NCBI GenBank assembly: GCA_905178155.1 | Contig: CAJINV010000016.1 | Location: 1,455,386 to 1,519,385 of the forward strand | Direction: 5' to 3' | Length of the DNA stretch: 64,000 nt | From: Amoebophrya sp. A120 | Lineage: Eukaryota; Protista; Dinoflagellata | In this document: positions 1 to 13,500 of the stretch, one piece after another | Layout of the letters: every line of letters starts with the position of its first letter | Numbering within the stretch: the first letter of the stretch is position 1 | Notes under the pieces: model-generated | Database searches by the model: none | Told to the model about the DNA's origin: nothing | What the model saw: only the letters and a program-made list of their open reading frames with translations | Position numbers and translations under genes: made by a program

Positions 1-1843
1 CTGGCTGCGAGCAGGCGTTAGGTGGACGTGGACCTCGACATTTTCATCATTTGATTTTTATTTCGTGGTGGAAGATGAAAAAGGGCAGATCGATGAAATT
101 TCTACGGTGCCGCGACTAGGGCTACTTTGAAATTGAACTATAGCTTTACTAGATGAAGATGTCTTGTGACGAGTAGTTGATCGGCCTTCATTGCACCTTG
201 CGATTTCGATCTTTCCTTCCTTTCATCATTTGCAGATTTATGGAACAGGAGGTGAGCTGACGCTCTTTCTGCATCTCCGGGCGCGCCCGCATGTGCGCAC
301 CTTGGCCCAAGAAATGGCCTTTCGACCGAGCGACGCGCTTCGTAGAGGTGCTGCAGTCAAGAACTTACGGAGAAGAATTATCATCGCGCACGACACGCGC
401 CTCCGCCTGCGCCCTCCTTTGGTTAGACAGATGAACGGCCAAAGCTGCAAAGGCTGCTGCGCGACAAAGTAGCGCGCACGCACTCAGGCACCCAGGGAGC
501 GAGATTGACATGGCTGGCAACAGGCGCCAGACCAGTCGCACCCAAAGCAAACGAAGCTCCCGGGCCCGGCCGCGCGACGCGAGGGAGCTGCGCGCAGTTC
601 GATGCACCGCGATACACCACCCAGGCGGCGATAGAAGAAAACTAATACACCAAGGGGGGCCGGGGCGCGGCGGGCCTCCTTTGCGGAGTAGCAAACGGAA
701 CCACCAACGCGCCGGGGGGCGCGGGCGGGCCTGCGGCCGCGCGCGCCAATCCGGCCGCGGCCGAAACAAAAAATAAAAGCCGGGGGCGCGCGGGCCCAAG
801 GGGCCCGGGCCCGTATCAAGACAAAGGAACACAAAGAAAGCGGCCGCGCGCCTCCCGCCCTGGGCTTCCGCGCACGTTCCGCCGTCGCCTTTGTGTGCAA
901 GATCTGCGCCAATATTGTAGTGGGGGCATTCTTGCGCGCCGCGGCGTCGTCTGCGGTCTGCCACCCGATTCTTTCAACGCCGCCCAATGGTTATCGCGCG
1001 CGGGCGCTGGGCCCCCACATATGGGGCGGGCCGCGCAGGGGGAGCGGGGCCGGCGGCCCCGGGGCCCGCCGTGCGCCGGCCCCGAAGGCAGGGGCGAACA
1101 TTCCGGGCAGACGCCGAGAAAATACACCGGGCGGCCCCCCGCGGGCTGGCGACTCCGAAAGCCGGCGCGGCTTCTCGGTTCGCAGCCCATCGGGGCCCGC
1201 TCGCGGAATGCGGCCGACGCGCTGAAACCCGGCGCGCGCCCCGACCTACGTCGCTCCTTTCTTAGATAGGCCGGGCCGGCGGGGCGCTGCGCCCCGGCGT
1301 GCCTTTACGACACGACGCGCGGGCCTCTCTACAACTGCCGGCCGGCTCGTTGCCTGCAAACTCATAGCGGCCGCCAAGCCCTTGCCCTTTCTCTATTTGG
1401 CGCGTCGGCGTGGGGCAATACTAGGCGGCGGTTGGGGCTGCGTCGCCGCCGAGCTGTATCTGCGTCAATCGGAATCGCGAAAGACTTCGCCGAGGCACGG
1501 CGGGCGCTTTTCTTCAACAAGAAAAAACGCGCCCGCCTGGCCCATCACTCGCAGGCGCCTACGCTCTGGGTTTTGCAACTACGTGTAGACCCTGCGGCAG
1601 GTGAAAAAGCTTCAGAAGTGCTCTTATCAGAAGAACAACACACGCATACCGTAATAAATCTATCAAAACGAGGAGAACACCATACACGGACACAGATGTC
1701 GTCGTGCAGCTTCCGCTGCTATTTTTCTTTTTACATTCACGCTCAGGCTATCTCACAATCAGCAGCGGAGAGGAGCCCGTGATTGAAGTGCATCATACAG
1801 TCGGCATTTTGTTTTTTTCCATTGATCTTGCGAAACGAAAGAG

Positions 1844-2596
1844 CTAAACTTCAATAGTTTCCTCTGCGTCTTCAACTTCATCTTTCGCAGTTTTTGTTGC
1901 GTTTGCGTCTTCCGTGCCTGGCTCTGCGCCGTCTACCACCGTACTATCAGCCTCTGCTTCCCCAGCCTTTTTATCTTCCGCTTCTCCACCCCCCGCAGCA
2001 TTGACATTGTCTTCCGTTTCCCCACCAGCATTTTCCTCTTCCAACTTCGCTTCCGCCTCGGGATCCTCCTTGTGAATATCCGGCATGTGCACCGGGTGCG
2101 CGTCCGCGCACTTCATGCCTAATTTCGACAGCAAGTTCGCAACCAAACCTTGGAATCTCGTGTAGGTCTCCGCCAGAACAGAGTACTGGAGGTCGGCTTG
2201 GTCGAGTTTCCGTTTTATTAAAGTCTTGTCGTCCGCGGGGTCGAACCTGGTTAGTGCCTGCAACGTTTTCTCCATCTGATCTTGCTGGTCGGTCCACTCC
2301 CGGTGGTAGTAATACACCGGCTCGGCGAGCTTTCTCAAATCGTTGAGTTGGTTCGTCTCGTCGTGTTGTTGCTTCTGCTCTGCGTGAGGATTGTTGCTGT
2401 CCGCTTTTGATGAACGACCAGCAGCGGCTTGCGTTTTCTTGTGGCTTTGACTTTGTGTTGCAGTTTGCACTGCGGCGTCGCCAATGTCTCCGCCGGAATC
2501 GCCGAGGTTGTTGTGAAGGATTTTTGGGCAGTAGTAGGCGTTGAGAGCCAGGTCGGAAAGACGCTGCGTGGGCATTTTTATCGTTTCGATGAGCAT
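1844..2596 (-). CDS. Hypothetical protein, coiled-coil core with acidic tail (250 aa)
   Basis: Uninterrupted ATG-started ORF with natural amino-acid composition, on the same strand as all other genes; no recognised domain. Confidence 0.65.
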   Translation of the reverse strand: MLIETIKMPTQRLSDLALNAYYCPKILHNNLGDSGGDIGDAAVQTATQSQSHKKTQAAAGRSSKADSNNPHAEQKQQHDETNQLNDLRKLAEPVYYYHREWTDQQDQMEKTLQALTRFDPADDKTLIKRKLDQADLQYSVLAETYTRFQGLVANLLSKLGMKCADAHPVHMPDIHKEDPEAEAKLEEENAGGETEDNVNAAGGGEAEDKKAGEAEADSTVVDGAEPGTEDANATKTAKDEVEDAEETIEV

Positions 2597-4538
2597 ATAC
2601 TTTTTTGTTCTATGCTATTCTACAATCACGTTGCCTGAGCGGCTCCATGATGATACTCACAATGACGATGCTCACAATGATGATGCTACTCTCCGGCGCT
2701 CATGATGATCATGCTGCTTTGCGCCTATCTCTGCGAAGCTTGTTCAAACGGGATCGCGATTGGCCTCGAAGACCTGCCTCACTGAACTACGAGTACCACA
2801 AACAACTATCTCTCAATGACACACTGCCGCGACTAGGTCTATTACTCGACATTTCGGGGCTCTCTGCTCAACGACAACGGAACGCCACATACTCATAGAT
2901 CAGAGTGGTGCGCCAGCCGGCTCTCAAACACAAGTCGGTCGTCACCAGCCACACGGAGGGGCTCCCACGGGGCGAGGAAACATTCTCCGGCCCCGACTCG
3001 ACACCAAAGCCAAAGCGATCAACAAGACCAACCAAGCAAAAGCGGGCGCGCCGGCGCGCGCTCCTCCGCGAAGTCGCAAGGGCAGCACCGGCGAACATAC
3101 AGGGGCGGCGCGCACGGCCGGGGGGCGCGGGGGCCGGAGCGGCTACCGCGGAAGCAATGACGTGGGTGCCGGAACATATGGCGGGCCGCGCAAAGGCAGA
3201 TGAATCGGCCCGCCCGGGCGGCAAAGGATGGCGGAAGACTGACAGACCGCCACGCCGGCCGGCGAGAGGGCGCCCGGCAGACGCCGCGGGGCAGCAAAAC
3301 GCGAAAGAATGGGCGCCGCGGAAAGCCAACCACAGACAAGCCCGCCACGCATCCGGGAGCGGGCAGCCTGCTGCTGCAGGCCAGACACGGAGCGAAGAGC
3401 AGCACACTCGAGCGATCGCGTCGCACCGCCTCCCTGGATCCTGTGGCGGGCCGCCGTGGTGTGCATCTCCGACAAGATTTCATTCGTCATCGGGTTCTCC
3501 TTGCACCGAAGGAAGGGCGTCGAAAAACGACGCCCCTTCATCTTTCACGAGCCCCGCGCTGCGAGTTTTCTGTTTCCCCCACCATACCCCGAAGAACGGG
3601 GCGAGTTGCCACATGATCGGGGGCCCGGGCTTCGGCGTCGAGTTGTGCATATCATCAACGTCGCGCTTGTCTTGCACCGTTTTCCCCGGGCTTCCGTCCT
3701 TCCTTCGCACAGCCATACGCCACGACGGGCGCCCGCGACGCGCCTTGTCTTTGTCTTCGTCCATCCGTTCCGGCGACGATGGCGTCGGCCGGTTGGGTGG
3801 TCCCATGGGCCAAGAAACGGCGGAGGGGGCTTTCTGCTCCCCTGGTTGGAGGTTTCCACAAAAACGCGCGCGCCGGGTCTGCCAAGCCAAAAGGGCGCGC
3901 CCGCCCATCACTCCCCGCTTGCTCTCCTCATAATGGTATCCCTTGCCGTGACAAGTGTCCGACGCTACTCCTGCTACTTCTTTACTTGCTTTCGTATATA
4001 AAAGCGAGGTGCTAGTACGCACGCCAACCTCATCTCTTCGGAATGCGTCAACGTCATGCTCTCTACCTCTACAAACGACTCTCTGGCGCCGGAGCTCTCA
4101 AGTCTATATCCTCTCGTTGCGCATCAACGTGAGTTTTCTTCAGCGGCAATGTTGCGCGACTCACATTCTATGTCAGTCCGCACATGAACATGGCTGGTTG
4201 CGGGTCAACTTGCGGCTTCAACTTGTTGGAACGTCTGTACTAGCAGATAGGTCCTTCTTTACGGGACACGGACAAGAGATGTCGAAAATGGTGGAAAAGA
4301 AAACACTTAGCGCGCGAGGAGATCGCCTCGGCATTGAAATCCCACATCAACAAAGTTGCTTCGCATTCCGTAATATCGTCTTCGTCAGCTTCTGTAGTGC
4401 TAGAAGTTGCGCTTCTCTTGTACCATGACCATCAAAGTATGTTGTAAGTAATTACTTAATCAATGGTGTGCGATGTTGAGTGTAACCTGAAAAGAGAGAT
4501 GAGTTGCAATTCGCTGCGCGTCCTCTGCTTCAAAAACC

Positions 4539-7500
4539 TCACGTCGCAATCTTTCTCTGCAGTTCCGCAAACCCGGCCAAATACACCGTCAAGAATCCAT
4601 CCCCCAAAGTCGCACTTTCCCCCTCGCCACTCTCCTTCCCACCCCCGCCGCCCTCCGCAGCAGATGCTTTTTTGTTCAAATCGGTTAACACCGTCACGGG
4701 GACTTTCAATTTCGTGATCATCGCGGTGGTTTTCGGTGCGTTCAAAATCACCACGATCTCCAACTCCGCGATGCTGTTGAACGAGAACGTGAACTATCCA
4801 CAGTAAATTTCCCGCACGCGAGCAATGCAAATCCATGCGGTCTCTGCATGACAAAATCAAAACTTGGCTCCGACCCTAGTTTAGCATGACAAGTGTTACA
4901 CTCCAAATGCAAATTTACGAAATTTGTGATGCATCTTGCACATGTGCGGGAAATTTGTATTGCATATGAACTGCAACTCCTTCTTTTTCCGCTTCTCTGG
5001 CAAAGGGTCCAAATCCGGATGGGTGATCGACTTCACCACCTTCTGCGTGTACAACTGCCCTAGAGTTAACGTCTTCTGCGGGTTGAAGCTCGCGCCCTCT
5101 GGGATGTCGTCCGGCTCCACAGTCCGCAGCGTCGCGATTTTCTGTGCCACCGTGTTCATGTTCCACCGGGCGCCCGCGACCTCGTAGGCTGTATCCGTCA
5201 AGACCTTCGGAAGTTTCGGGTCCGTGCAGAACTTCTTCATCAACGCCAGTTCAACCAAAACCCGCTCTGATTTCTCGTAGTAGGTTGCGCGCGCTTCCCG
5301 GATTTCTCTCCGGCCGGAGTCAACGTTTTCTAGGTAAATCCGGTGTCGGTCCCGCATCAGGAGCTGCTCAACTATGTAGGCGAAGACGTCCACCGTTTGC
5401 GTGTCCGCTAGGATTAATTCGTCTAATTTTCCAATCCCGGTATCGATTTTCTTCGTCAAAACGTAGTATGAACTGCAAAAATATCGCACTCGTAGTAATT
5501 GCTGTCATGCATGACAAATCTCCCTCCTAAGGCAAAACAGCATTACAGATTTGATTTGTACTTGTAGTGCTGAGCTAATTTGTAATGCGATTACTTATAC
5601 ATTATATTAATGCGAAAAAAGAGGTAGACAGAGGGTCCCAGAGAGGTGGCCGAGAGGTAAAAAAGAGGCCGACAGAGGTAGAAAAGAGGTCGACAGAGGT
5701 GGAGAGGTGGCGCGGGACCCCGTTCGAGAGGGTCCGCGAGAGGGCGCGCGAATAAGGCCCGCAGTAAGGGCCCACCCTTAGGCGCCGCCTAAGTGGCACA
5801 GAGGGTGCAGAGAGGTCAAAAAGAGGGAGCGCGAGAGGTCGACAGAGGTGGCGAGAGGTGGCGCGAATAAGGGGCGACCTCTCGCGGACCCTCTTGGCCA
5901 CCTCTCGGCCACCTCTGTCGACCTCTACCCGCGAGTATAGCCGGACTATTAGCGGGGACCCCCAAAAGAGGTCAAAAAGAGGGTCTGCGAGAGGTCTGCG
6001 AGAGGGTAAAACACAAAGAAGCGGGCGCGAATCCGCATGGCACTGCCCATATTTGGCACTGCAGGCCATTCCTTCGCGGAGCTGTTTTGTTCGGCGCCTT
6101 TCCGCGCCATCCTCTCGCGCACCCTCTCGCGCCACCCTCTTGCGCCACCCTCTCGCGCACCCTCTCGCGCCACCCTCTCGCGCTACCCTCTCCCGCCGGG
6201 CGGCTTCTGTTCGCCCCCGGTGTTCTTTGCAGCTGCTCCCTGCGCAGAGCGCCCACAGGCGCGGGAAGCGCGCAAGTGGTCCTGCGGGTTGGCGAGGCGC
6301 AATATGTTTCGTTGTGCATAGGCCCGCGGGGTTGTGGTCCGATCGGCAAACAGTCTTGCCCCGGCCCAACAGCCTTGCGCTCCGGCGGCAGCCGGAGCAT
6401 GGCTGGTTTATACTAGTGCGATACTTTTGCAGTGCATATGTAATCCGGCGGTGTCATGTTCGCGTATTGCTTTTTCAGCATCTCAAACTCCAATTTCATG
6501 TCCTTAAAATTCGTCGACTCCAACGCGGGCAAAGCGTTCCACAAATCCTGCAACACCGCCCTCGGGTCGTTCGGATCCTCGGGCATAGAATATGAATTGC
6601 AAAAGGATCGTATTAGTAGTAATTGCAATACAAATTCGGTCAGCATGACATCAAATGGAATTTGTCATTTGTCATGCTGATTTGCTTTGGCAACGAGATT
6701 TGTAATGCATAAATGCAATCACTGCGAGTGCGATACTTTTGCACGGGATATAGAATACGCTTTGACCACCTCGATCGAATCCTCCTCCCCACCAGAACTC
6801 GTTTCCGCGGACAATCTCCTCGGCACAGGGGCTTTACTCGTTTTGCAGAAAACCATAGAAGGACTCGTCAATAGGAATCTTGCGTTCATTTTGAAGTTGT
6901 AAATGACATCTGTGTCCGGTTTCGCAGTGATGGATTTTATCACCTCTTCCGTCACTACGTCCGCGAAGGGGGGGATCAATTCCATCACCAAATAATCTTC
7001 TTCCGTCAAACCAATCTTCGACTCGTGCTCTAGGAGTAATGAGGTGACATTCAACAAATCCGACGTTCGGAGTTGCACCAAGTGCTCCTGGCAGTCGTAG
7101 TGACTCGTGAAATATGCATTGCAAAAGTAACGTACTAGTTTAAATTGCATTACAAATAATTTTGGCAAGAAGAAAAGTGGGATTTGTAGTGCTGTTTTAC
7201 CTTGGGAGGAAGATTTGTCATGCATATCTGCGATTACTACGAGTACGATACTTTTGCACAGCATATGAAAACGTCAATCGTCACCTGCGTGTCCGTGTCG
7301 TCGGTCAATTTCGTCGACTGCTCTTTACAGAACTGGAGCAGCGTATGGATGTGTCAGGATTGATCTCGACAAAGTTGAATTTGAAATACTTAATCTGCGA
7401 TGCATAAAATGCAAGGCACGAAGTGACTGTCTTGCAGGGATTGCAAGCGAGGCCGGTTGTCGGCTTGTTTGGGGTTTGGGATAGAGCTGCTAAAGTAGCA

Positions 7501-10500
7501 TGACAAAAGCGGTCTTCTGTCCCCAAACAGCATGACAAATTGGATTCCAGTTCTCGGAAAATTTGTCATGCGCTGCTTAGAATAAATTGGGCTCGAAACT
7601 GGTATCGATTTTATGCATTACAAGTCATTTCAACTTTGTCGATTTCAACTCTGACACATCCATAGAACGCCGGTTTCACCTGCCGCGAAATTATCGACAG
7701 CTGCTTCTCCGTCGCTTCCACAAAGGTCTTCATCACGAGTTTTTTCAAAAATATTGAGATTTTCTTCACATTGTTCTTGATCGAGCCATCTGCCGCAACT
7801 GCTAACTGTGCCGGATTCCCCAAACCCTGGATCTTCCCAGAGTAAAACGCGAAGTTTTCAAACTGCGGGAGGAGTATCCCGAGAACGAACAACCTAGCTA
7901 AAGGCTCACAAAGTTGCAAATCCAGCCCGATTATCCACAGGAAATTTCCCGCACACGTACAAAATGCATGACAAATTTCCCCAACTTAGAGCATGCCACT
8001 TGTCATGCTAACTAGAATCAAAGGCAAGCTTTGTCATGCAGAAACCGCATTTGTACGTGTACAGGAAATTTACTGTGAATACCGATCGTGATATCATCTT
8101 GCGTCACCGTGAACCTTCTCGCTTTGATCGTCTGTAAAGCGTGGAACATGATTTTCTGGATATCCATAGGTAAATCCAAGTTGCTCAGCCAGTTCAGAAA
8201 TTCCCCCTGGACGTACTCCCGGAACCGTTCCAAATTCGCGTTGCTATCCTGTGCAAAAGTATCGCCCTCGTACTAATTGCAATCTTGCATGACAAACCTA
8301 CCTTTTTACCTGAATTAGCATTACAAATACCATTTTTCTTTCTGATAAAATTTGTAATGCAATTCATACTAGTACGATGCTTTTGGTTTTGCAATGCATA
8401 GTTGAATTCCACGGTCAATTCCTGCGCGTCCTTCTCCCCGCCTGTGTTCGCGTTCGCCTGCATGAACTCGTCTTTGGTCAAATAGAAGTGGTGGGACAAT
8501 TCCTTAACCCCCCGATCCAAAGTGCACATCAAACCGGATTTCCGCGACAAATCCATGATGCTATGGACCACTTCTTCTCGAAAATACGGCTGCAGAGCCC
8601 ATTGGCTGAACAAGTGAAACACCCGCGATCTATCTGGCTGAAACACTTGCGACGGTTCTTTACATTCCTCCACTTCGTGCTTGATCATCACCTTTATGCA
8701 ATATAAATTTCCCGTACATATACAAGACGCATCACAAATTTCACCAATTTGGAGCGTAAAACTTGTTATGCTAAACTAGGATCGAAGCCAAGTTTTGTCA
8801 TGCAAAGACCGCATTTGTACGTGTACGGGAAATTTACTGTGGATAACCTTCAATGTTGCCATGAACAGGTGCTTCGTTCTCTCGTCGTCCAACTCCTTGT
8901 ACAGAGCGCCGACAAATCGGTAAAAGATTTTCTCCTTCTCCAAATCCCCGATGTGCATCGACAACTCGGCTAAATACGCGGGTTGCTGCTGTAAACTCCA
9001 AACCAGTTCCTCAAACCGAGGTAACAGTGCGGTTATTTTCTTCATGTTTGGATTGGTTTTCTTTTTCCCGGTTGATTTGTTCGACGTGTCTGGTGGCTTC
9101 ACGTTGGAGAGAAATTTCGTCGTGGTTTTGAACGAGCCGTCGACATCCGTGAACTTCTCCATCTTCCGCCTCTCAAACCCAGCGACGTTGACGAGAATGT
9201 CCTTCAAAAAAATCTCGTAATCCTTCTTCAACGACGCTTCGGTCTGCCCAAGTGCGATTTCCTTTGCGGACGGCGGTTCTTGCTTGATCAGCGATTGGAT
9301 CGTGGACATTTCCTTGATCCCCGCGCCCTCCCGCATCGCGTTGAACAATTGATCCTTCTCACTCGGGCCTTGGTCCTTCGCGTCCCCCTCGCCTTCCTTG
9401 CACTATCCACAGAAAAAGATCCATGCCCATCCAATTTGTGTTGCACAACATGCGTCAGACCCTGTGTCTGTAATGCAGAAATAGAAAATGGATCGTGGCT
9501 ATGGGTCTTTTTCTGTGGATATCCCCGCTTCGTCCGCAGCGTTGTCCTTGTCATCGTCCTCTGCCGCGGGCGAGTCATCCTCCTCTTCCCCCTGGGATTT
9601 CCTGCCCTGGCTCCCCGCTGTCATCGCCTCTATGCTGGACCACACCGGTTCGACTTTGGTCGGGACGTCGACAAACCGAGGCTCTTGGATCGCGGATAAT
9701 CCCAACCGCCCGCACGACTGGTCCCCCCAAGCGTACACTTCTCCGTTCGACATGATTCCCAAAGAGTGACTCGGACCGGTTGCTAATTGCACCACCGTAT
9801 GCATTGCAAATACGTCTGGGTCTGGGATGAAATTGTGATGCAAGGAACGGAATGCGGAGCGCCCTGTAATGCGCTGTTAAGCATGACAAGTTTTTCCATG
9901 GTTCTGAGTTGCGGAGTCCGCATGAGAAACTAACTGCGTTTTTGCATTGCAGGCAAGAGGAGGTCTCTGCGGCCACGCAATACAGATTTCAGAGTCATGC
10001 CAGGCTAGCATGACAAATCTCGCATCCGTCCAGACCCAGGCATTTTTGCAGTTGATACACCGTCCCGGGTAGACTGTTCAACTGCTCCGGCATCTGGAAT
10101 TTAAAAACGTCCCCACCCCACAATTGTAATGCAGATCTGCATGCTGAGAATGTTTCTCATGCGGAGCCCCATGAGAAGCGTTATCTACTCGCGTTTTGGA
10201 ATTTGTCATGCTCCAATCAGCATGGTATACTAGATCTGTTATGCTGCTGAACTATCTCAAACAGCCCTACACTACGAGTCCAAATTTGTCATGCGAAACA
10301 GCCGAAAACTTGTGGGTTTGTCTAGCCGATTTCCCATCTTGACTATGCGGTGGGGACGCTTTTACATAGGATACGGCATCTGGATCTGCAGCCGCATCAT
10401 GGATTTCGGCAGCCCGAGCTGGTGGGAATTGTTCTCGCCCCAAACGTACACCTCCCCTTCCTGCGTCACGGCTAAGCTGTGTGCCTCCCTGCACGCGACC

Positions 10501-13500
10501 GTTTTGATTTTCACCGACTCGCCGAGCTGCGTGAATTTTTTCGGCATCGTGCAGTCCATCGGCTCGCACACACACCGGTCTCGTCCCCACACGTAAAGAT
10601 CGTTCTTTTCATCCACAACTAGCGTGTGGTAAGCCGCTAATGCTAGTTGTGACACTTTCCGAGGTAAAGGCACCAAAGTCGGGGCATACACATTGTTCAT
10701 CGTGTTCAATCCGAGTCGTCCAAACCACCCGGCTCCGAACATGAACAGCTGCCCATCTTCCGAAACAATCCCCGTGTGCTGCAACCCGCACGTAATTTTG
10801 CTAGCCCTTATCTTGTTAAACCCATTCTCCTCCAATTTTCTCGGTCCGGGTTGTTGCCCCGAGATCACCCCCTTCCCCAAACCGAGACAGCCGTTTTGCG
10901 CGTCGCCCCACGTGAACGCCTGCCCGTCTAGGGAAACCGCGCCGGAATGGGTTTCCCCCGCGGAGCACTCCTTTGCGAGAACGCCCGTTGGGAGATGGAC
11001 CAAAACGGGGTTGTCCGTGGACTTCGCCTGGTTTATTCCTAACTGCCCCTGTCCACCCCGTCCCCAAGCGTACAACTCCATATTGGAAGTTATGCACAGA
11101 CAGTGCTCGTACCCAAACGCGATTTTCGTCACGGGAGAAGAAAATTCCAGCCTCTTCGGCAACCAAAGATCCGCGGTGGATCCCCGCTGCCCGGTCTGCC
11201 CGCTTTCCCCCGCACCCCACACGTACAAAGCCCCGCCTTCCGTCAAGGCGCCAGAATGCATCGCGCCACACTGCTATCAAATGCAAAAGTGTCTGGGTCT
11301 GGAAGATTCCGAGACTTGTCATGCAGATTTTCGATGATCCACGTCGTCTGGAATGCAGGACCTAGCATGACAGATTCTGTGAGATCCCTGCCATGCCTAT
11401 CCTGCATGAGAAACGTCCCCTCAACTTGGTCAAAAGTGGATAACTTTTGGCATTCATGCAACACAGATTTTTGCATGATCCAGCATTAGCATTACAAGTT
11501 GGATCCTTCCAGACCCAGACATTTTTGCAATGCATAACTGCACGGTTTTCACCTTGTAGGCGGATTTCTTGTCCTTGGGCCCGTCGTCCTCGTCATCCGC
11601 ACCACTTGGGCCGGATTTCCCCCCGGCAATCGCCCGCAGTTTTTTCTCCCCGTTGTCGAAGAATTCATTTGCCCGTAACGCGTCTGAGAAGAAGTTTTCG
11701 TCCGAGCTTATCGCCGATTGGTCAAATTCCGACAAAAACTTCGGCTTCGGGACATTTTTCGTGCTTTGTCCCTGACCAACCCTACCGTGTGATCCGTTTC
11801 CCCAGCAAGCTACCCGCCCGTTACTGCATAACGCAACCGTGTGGAACGGGCCGGCGGCGATTTGGAGAACCGGGCCGAGGAACTCGAAGTTTATCCGCCT
11901 TGGGATCGCAACGATCGCGTTGTCGCCGTCGTTCATGTAACCCAAAGGCGACCCGGTTCCCCACGCCCACAATCTCCCTTTCGTGGTCAAAACCACCGTG
12001 TGAAAAGCTCCGAGTGCTACCTGCTTCGCCGATTCGTCAAACGCGCGGACTACGGAGGGGAGAGGGCCGTCGAGACAATCACCGTGACCAAGCCGGCCGA
12101 AGCTCGCCGCGCCCCAGGTGTACAGCGTACCCCGTTCTGCGTCTATCCCCGCAGAGTGCGCTTCGCCACACGCTATTTGGAAGCTATGCATTGCAAAAGT
12201 ATCTTACTAGTATAAATTGCATTCGAAATTTTGGCAAGAAGGCAAGTGGAATTTCTGATGCTGTTTTTCCTTAGGAAAAACATTTGTCATGCATATTTGC
12301 AATTAGTACGAGTGCGATACTTTTGCACACCATAGGAGCAAACCGTGTTCAACGTGGCGCAAAGGTATCACAGAGAAACGTGTTAACGATAGCGGAATTT
12401 GTGATGCAGTAATGCATGACAAAAGGTGCCCAGATCTGTCATGCATAACATGCATATTAGGCAAGAATTGTCATGCGTGGCTGCATTCTGCGAAAACCGT
12501 TAACGTTAACACTTTTTTGCTTGATAAAAGGCTCCAGCTGGTCACGTTCGTTTGTGCCTGCATCACGCGGGAGCCGGTGCCTAATCTTCCGTTCGCGGTC
12601 GCGCCGGCGACGTACAACATCCTTTCAGCCGAGAGGATCATGCCGTGCCTAGCGCCGGCGGCAAAATCGATAGCCGGATTGTCGAGACCGAATTCATATC
12701 AAATGCAAAAATGTCTGGGTCTGGAAGATTCTGAGACTTGTCACGCATATTTTGCATGACCCAGGATGTCTGTAATGCACGACCTAGCATCACAGATTTT
12801 GAGAGGGCTTCCTGATGCCTACTCCGCATGACAAACGCCCTCCCCGCGTAACACAAACTAGACTCCTCTTGCTGGACACGCAATACAAAATTTTCTAGAG
12901 TCCAAAGTTAGCATCACAAGTCCCAATCTTCTAGACCCAGACATTTTTGCATTTGATAATTCCGGGATTTTTCGGGCCGTCTTCACGTCGTCTCTGGGGG
13001 TGTGAAGGTTGTGATGCGGAACTTGACATAGACATGATAGATAGGAACATAATTTTGTTATGCACAAAGCAAGGAAATAATAAAACGCAAAACACAAAGT
13101 ACTGATGCCCGAAGCCCAGCTGCCCATCGGAATTGCATCCCCACGCGTAGACCTCGTTATTGATCGTCAAAGCGAAAGAGAAATCTGCTCCGGCCGTTAT
13201 TCTCAATACCAATCGCGGTATCGAGACATGTAGCGGGTACGGCGCGTTCCAGGGGTCCTCAATCTCCGCGCCCTCTCCTCCCAGCGCCGGGTCTGGCTGC
13301 GCCAACCTCCCTCGAATTCCAAATCCCCAGCCAATCACGTACCCGCCGTAGGCCTCGGGGGAGTTTTTCACTAGAGCCAGCGCGTGGTTCCCCGAAGACG
13401 CGATCTGGTAGATTTTGCACCGGTATCCTATGCAAAAGTAATATCGCACTCGTTCGTAGTAATCGCAGTCATGCATTACAAATCTTTTTTTATGGTAAAC

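Noticed and set aside
365-1588. Numerous overlapping Arg/Pro/Gly/Ala-rich ORFs in GC islands (also 2905-4001, 5602-6595, 60887-62722)
   Set aside because: Stop-codon depletion from extreme GC content; no domain-like sequence in any frame.
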